Of a stretch of DNA of 56,702 nucleotides, positions 1 through 10,596 are shown in pieces (within the stretch, counting starts at the first letter, position 1; each line of letters starts with the position of its first letter). Made by a program: the position numbers and the translations under genes. This DNA comes from a virus. Lineage: Duplodnaviria > Caudoviricetes. Location: IMG/VR virus record IMGVR_UViG_3300039668_000004, positions 1 through 56,702 of that record; one strand, 5' to 3'. The notes beneath the pieces were generated by a model. That model searched no databases. It worked only from the letters and a program-made list of their open reading frames with translations, and had not been told where the DNA came from.

Positions 1-127
1 ATCGTAGAGCGCGTGCTGTTCGCGGGCCTGTCATCGTGCAAGATGGGGCGACCGGACTTGAACGACGCCGACGTTCACTTTGAACCGCTCGGCAAATGGA
101 AAGGAGTTCCAAAATGCAAATGACAGC
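1..127. repeat. Terminal direct repeat, left copy (circular assembly overlap)
   Basis: 1-127 is identical to 56576-56702. 127 is a common assembler k-mer size, and the ORF at 56210-56698 reads through the repeat. Confidence 0.95.
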
Positions 128-425
128 GAAGGCGCGTGCGGTGTTAGAGGCCGCAGCAGCGCATCAGGATAACGTCGCGCACGATAGCGGCATTGGAGCG
201 CGCGGCATCGCGCACGCGCTCTGGGGCAACAGTTCCAAGCCGATGCGCGCAGGGCAATACGCAGGGAAACTGATCAATCAATGTTGGCTCTGGCGGCGAA
301 TGTGCTGGTATCGCGGCGCACGCGGCCACGAGGTTTATTCGCACACGGAGTATTTCATCACACAGGAAGGGCGCAGAGCATTGAAAGGAACCAATGAGAC
401 GAAAAAGACCAATCAAAAAAGGTGA
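114..425 (+). CDS. Hypothetical protein, possible winged-helix DNA-binding protein
   Basis: AAGGAG at 101-106 precedes ATG 114. C-terminal 'YFITQEGRRAL' resembles a wHTH wing. Confidence 0.5.
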   Translation: MQMTAKARAVLEAAAAHQDNVAHDSGIGARGIAHALWGNSSKPMRAGQYAGKLINQCWLWRRMCWYRGARGHEVYSHTEYFITQEGRRALKGTNETKKTNQKR

Positions 426-825
426 TTACTTCCTTCTGCCATTTCGCGGGAGGCGCATCGAACTGCTCGTCATCACCACTGGCAAAGAGTTGGGCGGCCA
501 ACCGGAGTGCCGGTTCGTAAACGGCAGGCTGAGCAATTTCAATCTGGATGCCTGTCGCCGGATAAGCGCGACGGAGGCAGCCAAAATCATGAAAGGAAAA
601 CATGGAAACAAATCAATGCGTGCTGTGCGGCCACCCGTTCAGAGAGCCGCCCAATAGTGCGCAGCCAATCGTCGATGGGCTTTGCTGCGCTCGCTGCGAC
701 GATGTCGTCGTGACGCCGGTGCGGCTGCATCTGGCGCGGCCTTCGGTGCCACCCGTCGTGTTCATCCGGCAAGGGCTGGCGATGCACGCGGCGGTCAAGG
801 AGTTCCGAGCACAGAGGGAGCAGCC

Positions 826-1215
826 ATGAGCCCGAACGCACGCACCATGAAATGGCTGCGCGACCATCACATTGAAGCGCAGATCGTGGAGCGGCGGCTG
901 CCGCGCGGCTTTACCACGATTGATCTGTTTGACAACATAGACATCATCGCGCTGCCAAACCGGATTCTCGGCATCCAGACAACCACTGGCGATCATCACA
1001 GCCACCGCGAGCGCAAAGCGGAAACCAACGTGCGCCTCGCTCGCTGGATTGTGTGTGGCGGCGGCTTTGAGGTTTGGAGTTGGCGCAAATCGACGCGCAC
1101 AAAACGGTGGGTGCGGCGCGTCAGCGTCGGCCACCTAGTGATGGAGGAACACGAAACCTTCGTCAAGATCGAGTTCACAGAGAAGGAAGAAACCAATGAA
1201 GGAGAAACCGGCTAA
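826..1215 (+). CDS. PD-(D/E)xK nuclease, Hjc-like Holliday junction resolvase
   Basis: Motif VERR..DLFDNIDIIA..IQTT. ATGA overlap with the upstream ORF 602-829. Confidence 0.6.
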   Translation: MSPNARTMKWLRDHHIEAQIVERRLPRGFTTIDLFDNIDIIALPNRILGIQTTTGDHHSHRERKAETNVRLARWIVCGGGFEVWSWRKSTRTKRWVRRVSVGHLVMEEHETFVKIEFTEKEETNEGETG

Positions 1216-1615
1216 GGACAGGCGGCCGCAATGCGTTCGCTGCAAACAAAAATTCGATCAGCGCGAGGACTGGCAGACGCTCTGCTATGGCTGCTGGCGG
1301 CTGACCAAAGCGGAGGAAAGCTACGAGCGCGGTTTTCAAGATGGAAAGGCAGTCAGCGTGAACACCAGCGGCGGCCTCCACTACGCGAAGGGCTACGCTG
1401 CTGGTCGCCAGAACGGCTACTCCGAAGGCTGGCAGCAGGCGTTTCTCGAAATGCGTATGGGCGGGCCGTTCGACCTCGCCTTCGTGAACGAATTGATCGC
1501 GCTCTGCCATCCTGATCGCCACGCCGGCAGAACCGAAAAGGCGAACGCGGTGACCGCGCGCCTCTTGGAATTTCGCAGAGGAATGAAACAAGAAAGGAAC
1601 CATGACCATAGATGA
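1196..1615 (+). CDS. Zn-finger protein with C-terminal J-domain-like HPD motif
   Basis: CxxC..CxxC at the N-terminus; LIALCHPDRH at the C-terminus. Confidence 0.5.
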   Translation: MKEKPAKDRRPQCVRCKQKFDQREDWQTLCYGCWRLTKAEESYERGFQDGKAVSVNTSGGLHYAKGYAAGRQNGYSEGWQQAFLEMRMGGPFDLAFVNELIALCHPDRHAGRTEKANAVTARLLEFRRGMKQERNHDHR

Positions 1616-2435
1616 TTTGTTCGACGAGGAACATCCAGAGAGGCAATTCACTGGCTTTTTCGTGCCAGTCGATCTGTTAAACCGCGCTGATCTGCGACCA
1701 ACGGAGATTCTGTTGCTGGCAGAGATTGACGCGCTGACTAAAAGCGACCGCGAGCGCGGCACTTGTGCGACCGCGGAGCACTTCGCGGAGCACTTGCACA
1801 TTACACCTGGTGCGATCAAAAACTCACTGTCGCTGCTGCGAAACCTTGGCTACATCGAGGATGTCCGCTTCGACGGTCGGCGCAGATGGATTCGGCTTTG
1901 CGCTCCGTTCATCGCCTGCTTAGACCAAACGCAGCGAGCAGCGGTCAGAATAGATGATGGCAGCCATCATGTCTCGCGCGCGCGTAAGACTTCGAGAAAA
2001 GATAAGAAGGAAAACAAGCACGGTTGGCAACCTTCGTTCGACTTTGCAGATGAAGAACTGCAGGCGGAATGGGCCGCATATCAGGAACATCGACGCCAGA
2101 AGCGACAAGTCATGACAGAGATCGCGCGCGGTCGCGCCGTGCGGGACTTGAGCGCGATGGGCAAGGAGCGCGCCATTGCTGCGCTGCGGCACACGATCGC
2201 AAAAGGCTGGACGGGCATCTACGAGCCCAAGACAGCAGCGCAGCAGCAGGGCAAGCCTGACTTTTCGCGCATGGACATTGGCGCGCTGCAGCGCATGAGA
2301 GTGCGCTTGAAGAACAGCGTGAATTGGAAAAAGGGCGACGCTGAGACGGAGCGCGTGAAGCCGACGCTGCTGGCGATCAAAGAGGAACTGAAAAAGCGCG
2401 GCAAAGGCGGCCTCTACTACACGAGCACCTATTAA
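1602..2435 (+). CDS. Phage replication initiator / replisome organiser (N-terminal HTH)
   Basis: N-terminal TEILLLAEIDAL..AEHFAEHL..SLSLLRNLGYI (wHTH); C-terminal W..Y.EHRRQK..KGWTGIYEPK typical of phage O-like initiators. Confidence 0.65.
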   Translation: MTIDDLFDEEHPERQFTGFFVPVDLLNRADLRPTEILLLAEIDALTKSDRERGTCATAEHFAEHLHITPGAIKNSLSLLRNLGYIEDVRFDGRRRWIRLCAPFIACLDQTQRAAVRIDDGSHHVSRARKTSRKDKKENKHGWQPSFDFADEELQAEWAAYQEHRRQKRQVMTEIARGRAVRDLSAMGKERAIAALRHTIAKGWTGIYEPKTAAQQQGKPDFSRMDIGALQRMRVRLKNSVNWKKGDAETERVKPTLLAIKEELKKRGKGGLYYTSTY

Positions 2436-2454
2436 CTTTTGAGCAGGGCGCGGA

Positions 2455-2480
2455 AGCTTATCATGAATTCAAGATAAGCT
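2455..2480. repeat. 26-bp palindrome, copy 1
   Basis: AGCTTATCATGAATTCAAGATAAGCT; intergenic, just after the initiator gene. Confidence 0.95.
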
Positions 2481-2526
2481 GAACCGTGCTCGCGCTCGCA
2501 ACAGCAAACACAAGGAAGGAAAACAA

Positions 2527-3322
2527 ATGATCAACATTACAATCGGCAACACCGCCAGCAGCTGGGAGGTGTGGGAAACCGATGCGCCAATTGATTACGA
2601 TGGATTTGGCACGTTCCAGATCGCGTCGTATCTCGCTGTGCGCACGGTTCTCATTCGCTCTGAGCATAAGGAGTGGCAAACGGGCCGCTACGCATCCGGC
2701 TTCCACAAGACAGAGCCTTCGTCGCTCGCGGAGAACGACGTGTGCATGTTCCTCTGGAACCGGCTGCTCGGAAGGGAGGCCAAATGAGCGAACGCGCAGC
2801 GGAAGAACCGCAGCAGCCAAGCGCGGAGGAACTGCGCAGGCATCGCGACATCGCAGAGACAGTTAGCCTGCACATTCACGAACTGCGCGCGATGGTCGCA
2901 GACGGTCGCATCACTGAGGAAGATCACGACGCCATTGGCAAAGTGCTCTGCACGCACATCGGCAGTCTGATCGGGCTGACAAACGAGGCATGGGAAAAGT
3001 TCAAAGCGATCATCACTGAATCGCGGGAGGTGCATTACAACCGATGAACGATCAACGAGTAAAAGACCTCGTGCTGTATGCGTGGGTCGGTGAAGACGAG
3101 TTGGGCAGCGGCGAAGTCGGCTTGAAACAAGCGATGGTTCCTGCGGGCTGCATCCCGATTGTGGCGACCAAGCGCGCGAAAGTCGATCAATCGCTGATCG
3201 TGCGGCAGCTACAGCGGCAATCGAACAACTGGGGCAAGACGATTCGGCTGTGCCGGTTCACCTTTGCCGAGGAACTGCTGACGCTCAAACCGGAGGCGCT
3301 GCCGAAAAAGGAGGAGGGATGA
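2527..3322 (+). other. Three small hypothetical CDS (2527-2787, 2784-3047, 3044-3322)
   Basis: Translationally coupled ATGA overlaps; purine-rich RBS visible before at least the first two. Confidence 0.65.
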
Positions 3323-3762
3323 AAACGCATAACTTCTCGCGCACCAAGTGCGCTTGCGAGCAATGCGTCGGCTGCTGCAAACGACAACCAGGTCCTTTGA
3401 TTCCAGGCGACTTGGAACGGATTGCCGCGCTGCGCGGCGAGAGCGTCGAGGAAGCGAAGGCAAACTTCTGGGCCTCGCCCGGTGCATTGGTGAAACACCT
3501 TTCGACCGGCAAAGTTCAACGCATCGGCACGATCACGCCGCGATATCGGAAGGGCCGTTGCGTGTTCTTGGATGAGCACGATCGCTGCAGCATTCATGAG
3601 GCTGCGCCGTTCGGCTGCGCGTTTTTCGACACGCACATGAGCAACGTCACCGCTCAGCCGCGATCAGTGTTCGCAGCGCAGGCGGCAGAGGATCCAGAGT
3701 ATCAGGAGCTCCGAAACAGTCTGCCGTATGCGCAGCACTACAAACCGAGTCGCTACCGATGA
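3319..3762 (+). CDS. YkgJ-like Cys-cluster (Fe-S/Zn-chelating) protein
   Basis: CACEQCVGCC..CVFL..CSIHEAAPFGC pattern. Confidence 0.7.
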   Translation: MKTHNFSRTKCACEQCVGCCKRQPGPLIPGDLERIAALRGESVEEAKANFWASPGALVKHLSTGKVQRIGTITPRYRKGRCVFLDEHDRCSIHEAAPFGCAFFDTHMSNVTAQPRSVFAAQAAEDPEYQELRNSLPYAQHYKPSRYR

Positions 3763-5029
3763 AGTGTACTCATTGCAATCTGGAAATTGTGCCACACTCG
3801 AAATATCTGGCCTTCTACGCCGATCAACCGAATGGCGGCATCAGGATTGAAGTCGGCTGCGATCATCACACGCCCGAAGACTTGGATGAAGCGTTCGAGA
3901 TCGTCGGCGGAATGAATTGCGCTGCGCGCGTTCTGAGTCAGTGGATGAGCGGCCTTCAATGCAAGGAGGACCGATGATACTGGAACCGACGCATACCTGT
4001 TTCGATGACGCGCTGGACTTCCTCGAAAAACTGGCGCGGGCGAACAGTCCGAAATTGTATGACGCGCGCTGGCGCATCGTTCACGCGCTCTGCCAAGCAC
4101 CCAACGGCGAACTCTATGCGCATGGCTGGTGTGAGTGCGGCGACATCGCGGTGTTCGGCGCGATGGTCGGCGGCGCGCACGCCTACATGGAATGTGATCG
4201 GCGCTCGTTCTACCGGCTCTACAGGCCGCAGGAAATGAACCGTTACACGATCAGGGAGGCGCTGCTGCTCAACTACCGGCACTTTCACTACGGGCCATGG
4301 GAGGCGCGCTACAGAGAGTTCACCGGCAACGGCAGCGAGCGCAGAGTGTGGAGGCCGGAATGAAAAGCGTATTCCATTATCGGCCACGCACGGGCGATGT
4401 CTGGACGGTGCGGCGACCGAACCGGCGCACGATCACAAAGACGGTCGCGCGCGTTTTCCGCACTTGGTATTCGCTGCCGTGGACACTCGAAACGGGCCAC
4501 CGCTCGCTGCGCATCCCAACCGTTCATTGGGTGCGCCAGAGCAAAGGCCGCTACTCGCAGATCAGAGTCAAATGGCTGCTGAAGTATGGCACGCTGATCA
4601 GCAGAGGCTTGGAGATTGATTACAACCGCCACTCCGGCAGAGCAGCAAAAGAAAGGAAACATGACAGACGAACCGAATTGGGCAGATCAAAACTACGTCG
4701 TGCAAGACCGCGACGGTGACTATTTGCAGCGGATTGAGAGCGTGAATTGGGACACCGTGAAGTTTCAATTCCACTGGACGCACAAGCGCAGCGAGGCGCA
4801 GGTCTTCACGACCGAGGAACTTTGGGCGCGCGGCGACACGATGTGCATGGCGCTGCAGCTGGTCAAAGGCCACGCGGGCTGCAGCTTTTTAGTGGTTTCT
4901 CCCTCAGAGCAAAACCAACAACCAAGAAAGGAAACAAAGCAGAATGAAGACAGGAAGATCGCTGCGCGAGGTCGCAGCACAGATACAACGAGAGGCGCGG
5001 GAACGAAAAGATTTCCGCGTGCCGACTGA
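3759..5029 (+). other. Four small hypothetical CDS (3759-3977, 3974-4363, ~4360-4719, ~4661-5029)
   Basis: Consecutive or overlapping + strand ORFs; no recognisable family. Confidence 0.55.
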
Positions 5030-6029
5030 ACAGTTAACCTACTCAGCCGAACATACTGATCGCGGAGTAATCCAGTGGGAGGCGATGGAGAAAGGCAAAA
5101 AGCGCAAGACGGAATTTGAGGCTGCGCCGACACGGCATTGCCTCAGGCAAATCTGCGCGCGTGCTGGCATACCGGCACAATACGCTGATCGCATGATTGG
5201 AGAGAACGCGCCATTGCTGGCAGAGAACATCAACTGGTGGTGGAAACGGACGCCAGAAAAACGGATGCTGCGCACGCTGCTCAACGGCAGCCACGTAGCG
5301 CGGGCGTTCCTCAGCGAGCGATATCGGCCGCTGGAAAACTGCGATCTGGCGGCGGCAATCCTGCCGAAGCTGGAAGCCCTCAACTGCGAAGTGCTCTCCT
5401 GCGAGATCACAGAAACGCGGTTTTACATTCAGGCGGCGACGCCGAAGGTCGAGGCCAAGCTGGTCGGAGATCGCGTGCGCGCAGGCATCGTGATCAGCAA
5501 CAGCGAAGTCGGCGCGGGCAGTCTCGCGCTGGAACCGCTGCTGTATTACCTGCGCTGTCTCAACGGCATGGTCATGCCGGTCGCCATGCGGCGATATCAC
5601 ATCGGGAGGCGCAACGACCCGCTTTTCGAGTTGGAGGCGGCAGCGGAGTATTACTCGGATGCGACGCGGGAAATGGATGATCGCGCCTTCTGGATGAAAG
5701 TTCAGGATGTCGCAGACGGTGTGTTCGACAAAGACCGCTTCAATGCGCTTGTGGATAAATTCGAGGGCGCAACGGAGCAGAAAATTAAGCCGGTCGAGGC
5801 GGTGGAAGAAATCACCGAGCGATTCAAGTTCAACGACACCGAAAAAGACGCGGTGTTGAACCACCTGATCGAAAGCGGTCAGCCAAACCTGTTCGGTCTG
5901 ATCAATGCGGTGACGCGGACAGCAACCGATGTCGAGTCGTATGATCGCAGCATCGAACTGCAGCGCGTGGGTGGCGAAATACTTGAACTGCCGAAGACCG
6001 TTTGGCAGCAGCTACGAAAAGGCTCGTAA
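4944..6029 (+). CDS. DUF932-family protein
   Basis: ARAFLSERYRPLEN..GIVISNSEVG..LRCLNGMV..FGLINAVT motifs; 361 aa. Confidence 0.7.
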   Translation: MKTGRSLREVAAQIQREARERKDFRVPTEQLTYSAEHTDRGVIQWEAMEKGKKRKTEFEAAPTRHCLRQICARAGIPAQYADRMIGENAPLLAENINWWWKRTPEKRMLRTLLNGSHVARAFLSERYRPLENCDLAAAILPKLEALNCEVLSCEITETRFYIQAATPKVEAKLVGDRVRAGIVISNSEVGAGSLALEPLLYYLRCLNGMVMPVAMRRYHIGRRNDPLFELEAAAEYYSDATREMDDRAFWMKVQDVADGVFDKDRFNALVDKFEGATEQKIKPVEAVEEITERFKFNDTEKDAVLNHLIESGQPNLFGLINAVTRTATDVESYDRSIELQRVGGEILELPKTVWQQLRKGS

Positions 6030-6169
6030 ACGCGTTTTAGGCGCGCGCCCGCTCTCTCGGCCCGCGTGCAGCACAAAAACTCTGTGCGCGGGCACAGCGG
6101 CGCGCGCTTGGCGGCGTAAATCGGCTTGAAAGACAGCAAATCAGGCCACACAAAGGAACCCAACCAAGA

Positions 6170-9100
6170 ATGATCATGTTAACTCGCAGCGATCAGGGAG
6201 TAGGCAGCGGCCCATACGATTCAATCGCTTGGGCTTTCGAGGTCCACCTGCAGGAACCGGACACCAAGGAATACAACTACGCGGTCCTCTACGGCAACGA
6301 GGACGCGCCAGATCGGATTGAATTCTTCAACGACGAACCAAAGATCAATTCGCCACCACGGAAAATATGGACAGCAAACCAATGAACACGAAACAATGTC
6401 CCTCCACACGCTGGAGGAATAGCGAGGAACTGCGCTGCGAGGCTTTGGAAGGCCACACCTGCGCGCACTTCTGCGGCGACCAATGGTGGCCCAACCCTCA
6501 CGGGCTGCCAGTCAGGCCGCGATCACGCCTGATCAAATCCGGCTGCCTCGTCATGGCAGGCTGGCTGTTCGCTGCAGCAGCGTTCGGCTACTGGATTTAT
6601 TGGAGCGTGGCGCGATGACCGCCACAGAGGAGCACAACTGCGACAAACAAATTCGGGCGAACGGCTGGGCGATGTCAGGCCACCGGCAGACCGGCGACAA
6701 ATGGCGATGCGCTTGCGGCATCGTCTATGTCCACGACTGCGACGAGGCTGAGGGCTGCAGCTGGCACCCGATACAAACAAGAAAAGGAAAACAACGATGA
6801 ACATGGAAACCATTGCGGCCTCGCCTGATCAGCAGGAGAAGGCGCGCCGCAAGCGGAACAACACTCGGCGGAACCTGACACGCGCAGGTTTCGACTTGTC
6901 CTGGTATAACCGGAGCACCGGCTACTACCACGTAAAATGCAGCCAGTGTGAGGCGCTGTGCATCAACGGCACCGCCACGCACGAAACCGGCTGCCCAAAC
7001 GCTAGGAGGTCACGATGATCGAATTGAAACTGTTTGAACTGCGCGATGCAGCGACGTTCATTCCGATCTTCGCTTTCCGCTGCAGGCCAAGCAATCAACC
7101 GGAGGGCTATCTGCTCAGGCGCTCCGGCTTCGGCACCGTCAGCCCGTGCGTGATCATGGGCCGCCTCGAGTGCAGCGGCACAGATCGCAACTGCACCTAT
7201 GACAAATACTCGTGGGGCGAGAACCCGCGAACCTTCGGCACGGCGCACGCCTACATCGAGGAACACTTCGACGAAATGGCGAGCGGCCAAGTGATCGACG
7301 TTGAGTTCATCCTTGGCGAGACCGCGCAACCGAAACGATCGGAGGCGGAATGAAGTGCGCCAATTGCGGTCACGATCAGGAAGGCGTGCCGATGCCGACG
7401 CATTGCCTCAGTTGCGGGTGGCCGTTGCAGCAGCAGCCGCACTCTCCGCAAGCCAGACGGCAAATGAAAATCGTGAGGGAACGAATGCAGCGCATCGCGC
7501 GACAGATCGACAGGCAATTGCCGAAAGGCTACGGCTTCGTCGTCTTCTGCTTCCCGTTCAATGCGCCGCCAGATTTCCGTGGCGAGTATGCGAGCAACGG
7601 CAAGCGCGAGGACATCGTGCGAATGCTGCAGGAGTTCATCACGGCAAACCCGATGCCAAAACCGGAGGACAACTGACCATGGTAATTGCAAGGGCTACAG
7701 CGGACAAAGATGAACTGCTCCTATTGGGCCTCTCGCGTGAGAACGTGCGGCGGCTGACAGACGGACAGCCAATGCACTTGAAGCGGGAAACACACGGCGA
7801 TGGCATACCGGAAGGCTGGGAGATCGTGATTGTGTTTGGCGAGACTGAGCAGGCGCTGGTGGCCGAGTTTCGCCGAGCGGAAATGATCAGTCCGGAAACC
7901 AAAATACACAAGGACCCGCGCTTATGAAATGCTGCCAATTGGACACCAACGACGACGGCAACTGCCCGATTCACGCGGCACCAGGCGTATTGCGAATCCG
8001 CGACGAGCGGAACGAGCAGATCATTGACAAATGCGCCACCTCTGCCTCGCATGAGTTCTTCGCGCTGCTGCGCAACTGGACAGGTTTCGACGCGCGGATA
8101 TTCCATCGCCAGCGATTGGAAGGCATCATCACTGAGGCGATTACCAAAGTGCTCGCTGCCGAGGATCTGAACGCGCGCTACTACAATGACGCTCGCTTCC
8201 ACGCCTTCGTCGATCGGGCGTGCGCCGAAGTGCTGGAAAGAAACGAGGAGGCGCACCGCCAATGAGCCTCACTACTCGAGTACCGTTCACGGTGTGTCCT
8301 GAGTGCGGTCACAAACTGGATTCGGCAACCAGCTACCAAAACCGCAAACCAATTGAGGGCGCGATCAGCGTGTGCGTCGGCTGCGGCGGTCTGGCGGTGT
8401 TCAATGCCGATTGGACGCTGCGCGCGCTCACGCCTGAGGAAAAGCGGGAGGTGTCAATGCAGCCGCACATCACCGAAATGCAGATTCTTATCCGTGGAAG
8501 GAGGAAGCAATGATGTTTGTCCACCTGACGTTCGCGGTGTTTTTCAGTCGCAGCCAATGTCGCGGCGTAGCGTTCCTCTGGCCACACGTGCGATTCAAAG
8601 CGGAGGAGAAAAAGTGATCACCTTTCACGATGGGCCAGCGCATGGCGTCAGACTGTTCTTGGAGCGCGCGCCGTTTTATCTGCGTATCACGCATTGCTTT
8701 GAGGCGAACAAGGACAAATGGGACGCACTCGATCAGCCGGCAGACAGCGCCGAAGCGCACGAAAGCCTTTACCTCTACCGCGTGCGACCGACGCGCATGG
8801 GCTTCGCCTTTTATGACGGCACCGGAAAAAACGGCAGACGCACCGGCTGGCGGTCAATGATGGCGGATTACGACTACGTCGCAGCGCAGCCCGCCGACGC
8901 GGTGATGCGCGACAACGAACAGTGGATTGAATGGTGTCTGGAACAGTCGCTGCTGCCAGCAGTCAGCGCGATCTACAACCAATGGAAGGAGGCGAACAAA
9001 CCGCATGGCGATTGAGAATTTCGAGCAGTTCCTTTTGGCTGTGAACAAGTTAGTGCAGCGATGGGAAGGCAGCGACGAGGAATTGAACGTCGCGCCTCGT

Positions 9101-9426
9101 GAAACGCTGCAGGCGATCTGGCAGGAAGTGCGTGAACAAGCTGTGCATGACTTGGCGCAGATGCAGCGCGAGCGCGACGACGCGGTGATCGCATTGCACA
9201 GACGCTACCTGCTGGAAGCGGAGAGGACACGGCGATGAACCGGCACACCATCGAGGCCATACGCTACGCCGCCGATCAACCTTGCCGACGCCACGATTGC
9301 GGCACCGTCTGCCTCTGCGGTCCTTGCCATGCGCGGCGCGCGCTCGCTGAGGTTGACCCTGATTACCGCCCGCGATTCACAAAGAATTTGAGCGATAAAA
9401 GTTGCGCGCAGCCTCGCGCTTCGTAA
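6170..9426 (+). other. String of about 12 small, often Cys-rich hypothetical CDS
   Basis: Tightly packed + strand ORFs (e.g. 6170-6385, 6797-7018, 7015-7353, 7350-7676, 7679-7927, 7924-8265, 8614-9015, 9235-9426), many with ATGA overlaps. Confidence 0.65.
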
Positions 9427-10017
9427 CGATTACGTTCATGCCTGGCATTCCATCATAGGCCGCGCGGCCATTGTCGGCGAGACATTGACAGCCGCGCGGC
9501 CACCCCTCTCCAAAGTCGTTTCGACTTCTCCAAACCAGTTGCACAGACTACCGCCATGTCTAATCTCAGCAGCGTATGAGCCACAGCGAGGCATACTCAG
9601 GCCGACAAGACCCGATCAACTGCCAGACAATCATCGTCCAAAGCCAGCAGCGATCAGCCAGCATTGAACACGCACACAAGCGCAGCGCAGCGCACAGAGC
9701 CAATGTGCGACGCCGCAGCGGCCCGCCAAAAGGGAAGCGCGCCGCCCGCTGGCCTTAACACAACGAACGACGCGCCACTTCCTCACCTTCATCCTACCAC
9801 TTTGCTGCGCCAATGCTCCAAGCAATGCACCCGCCTGTCAACGCCCGCATAGGAAAACCGTAGCTTCAGCCAGCGATTCCACCGGAGGCGCGCGCAGCGA
9901 GTCCCCGACCTTAATTAGCTGACGGAAAAACAAAACCGCGCCGCGCCGCGCCAATCACTTGTGAGTTTGCGTTCCCGAACAGCGCGATTACTCTGGCGAA
10001 TTTAGGCGAATTTATTT

Positions 10018-10596
10018 ATGCCTCGCGCGCAGACCCTCGACATCACCACGGTTGCCAAGCTGATCAAGCTGCAGCCGCGCCAAGTGCAGCAACTGACAGC
10101 CGAAGGCGTTTTGCATCGCGCCCGTGATGCAGACGGCACAGAGATCAGAGGCCGATATCACATGGTGGAGTGCGTGCATGGCTACATCGACTATCTGCGC
10201 GCGCGGACGCCAATCGAAGGCAGCAGCGAGCACGAGTATGACAAGCTGCGCACCCGCCGCATGGCCTTTGAGAGCGAAATGGCGGAGCTAAAACTGAACC
10301 TGCTCAAAGGGACTTTGCATCGAGGCGAGGATGTCGAGTTCTGTGTGACCACCCAGATCACCGCGTGCCGCTCGCGGCTGCTCGCAATTCCCTCGCGCGT
10401 GTCGCGCCTGCTGATCGGCAAGCGCAGTTTCAAGGAAATTTACAACCTGATTTACGGCGAGATCGAACTGGCTTTGCGGGAATTGACCGGCTACGACGCC
10501 AAGAAATTCAGCGCCAAGACGATTGAGTATGTCGAATCGCTGAGCGAGCACGGCACCAATGGCGAAGGCAAAGACGCTGCAGCCAAGACTGATTAG
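10018..10596 (+). CDS. terS: Terminase small subunit (lambda Nu1-like)
   Basis: N-terminal HTH (VAKLIKLQPRQVQQL..GVL), coiled coil and RSRLLAIPSR motif; lies directly upstream of the large subunit. Confidence 0.85.
   Translation: MPRAQTLDITTVAKLIKLQPRQVQQLTAEGVLHRARDADGTEIRGRYHMVECVHGYIDYLRARTPIEGSSEHEYDKLRTRRMAFESEMAELKLNLLKGTLHRGEDVEFCVTTQITACRSRLLAIPSRVSRLLIGKRSFKEIYNLIYGEIELALRELTGYDAKKFSAKTIEYVESLSEHGTNGEGKDAAAKTD

Noticed and set aside
1-127. 127-bp terminal repeat as a biological DTR
   Set aside because: The length matches a common assembler k-mer, it falls mid-gene, and the terminase is of the cos type. It is best read as a circularisation overlap.
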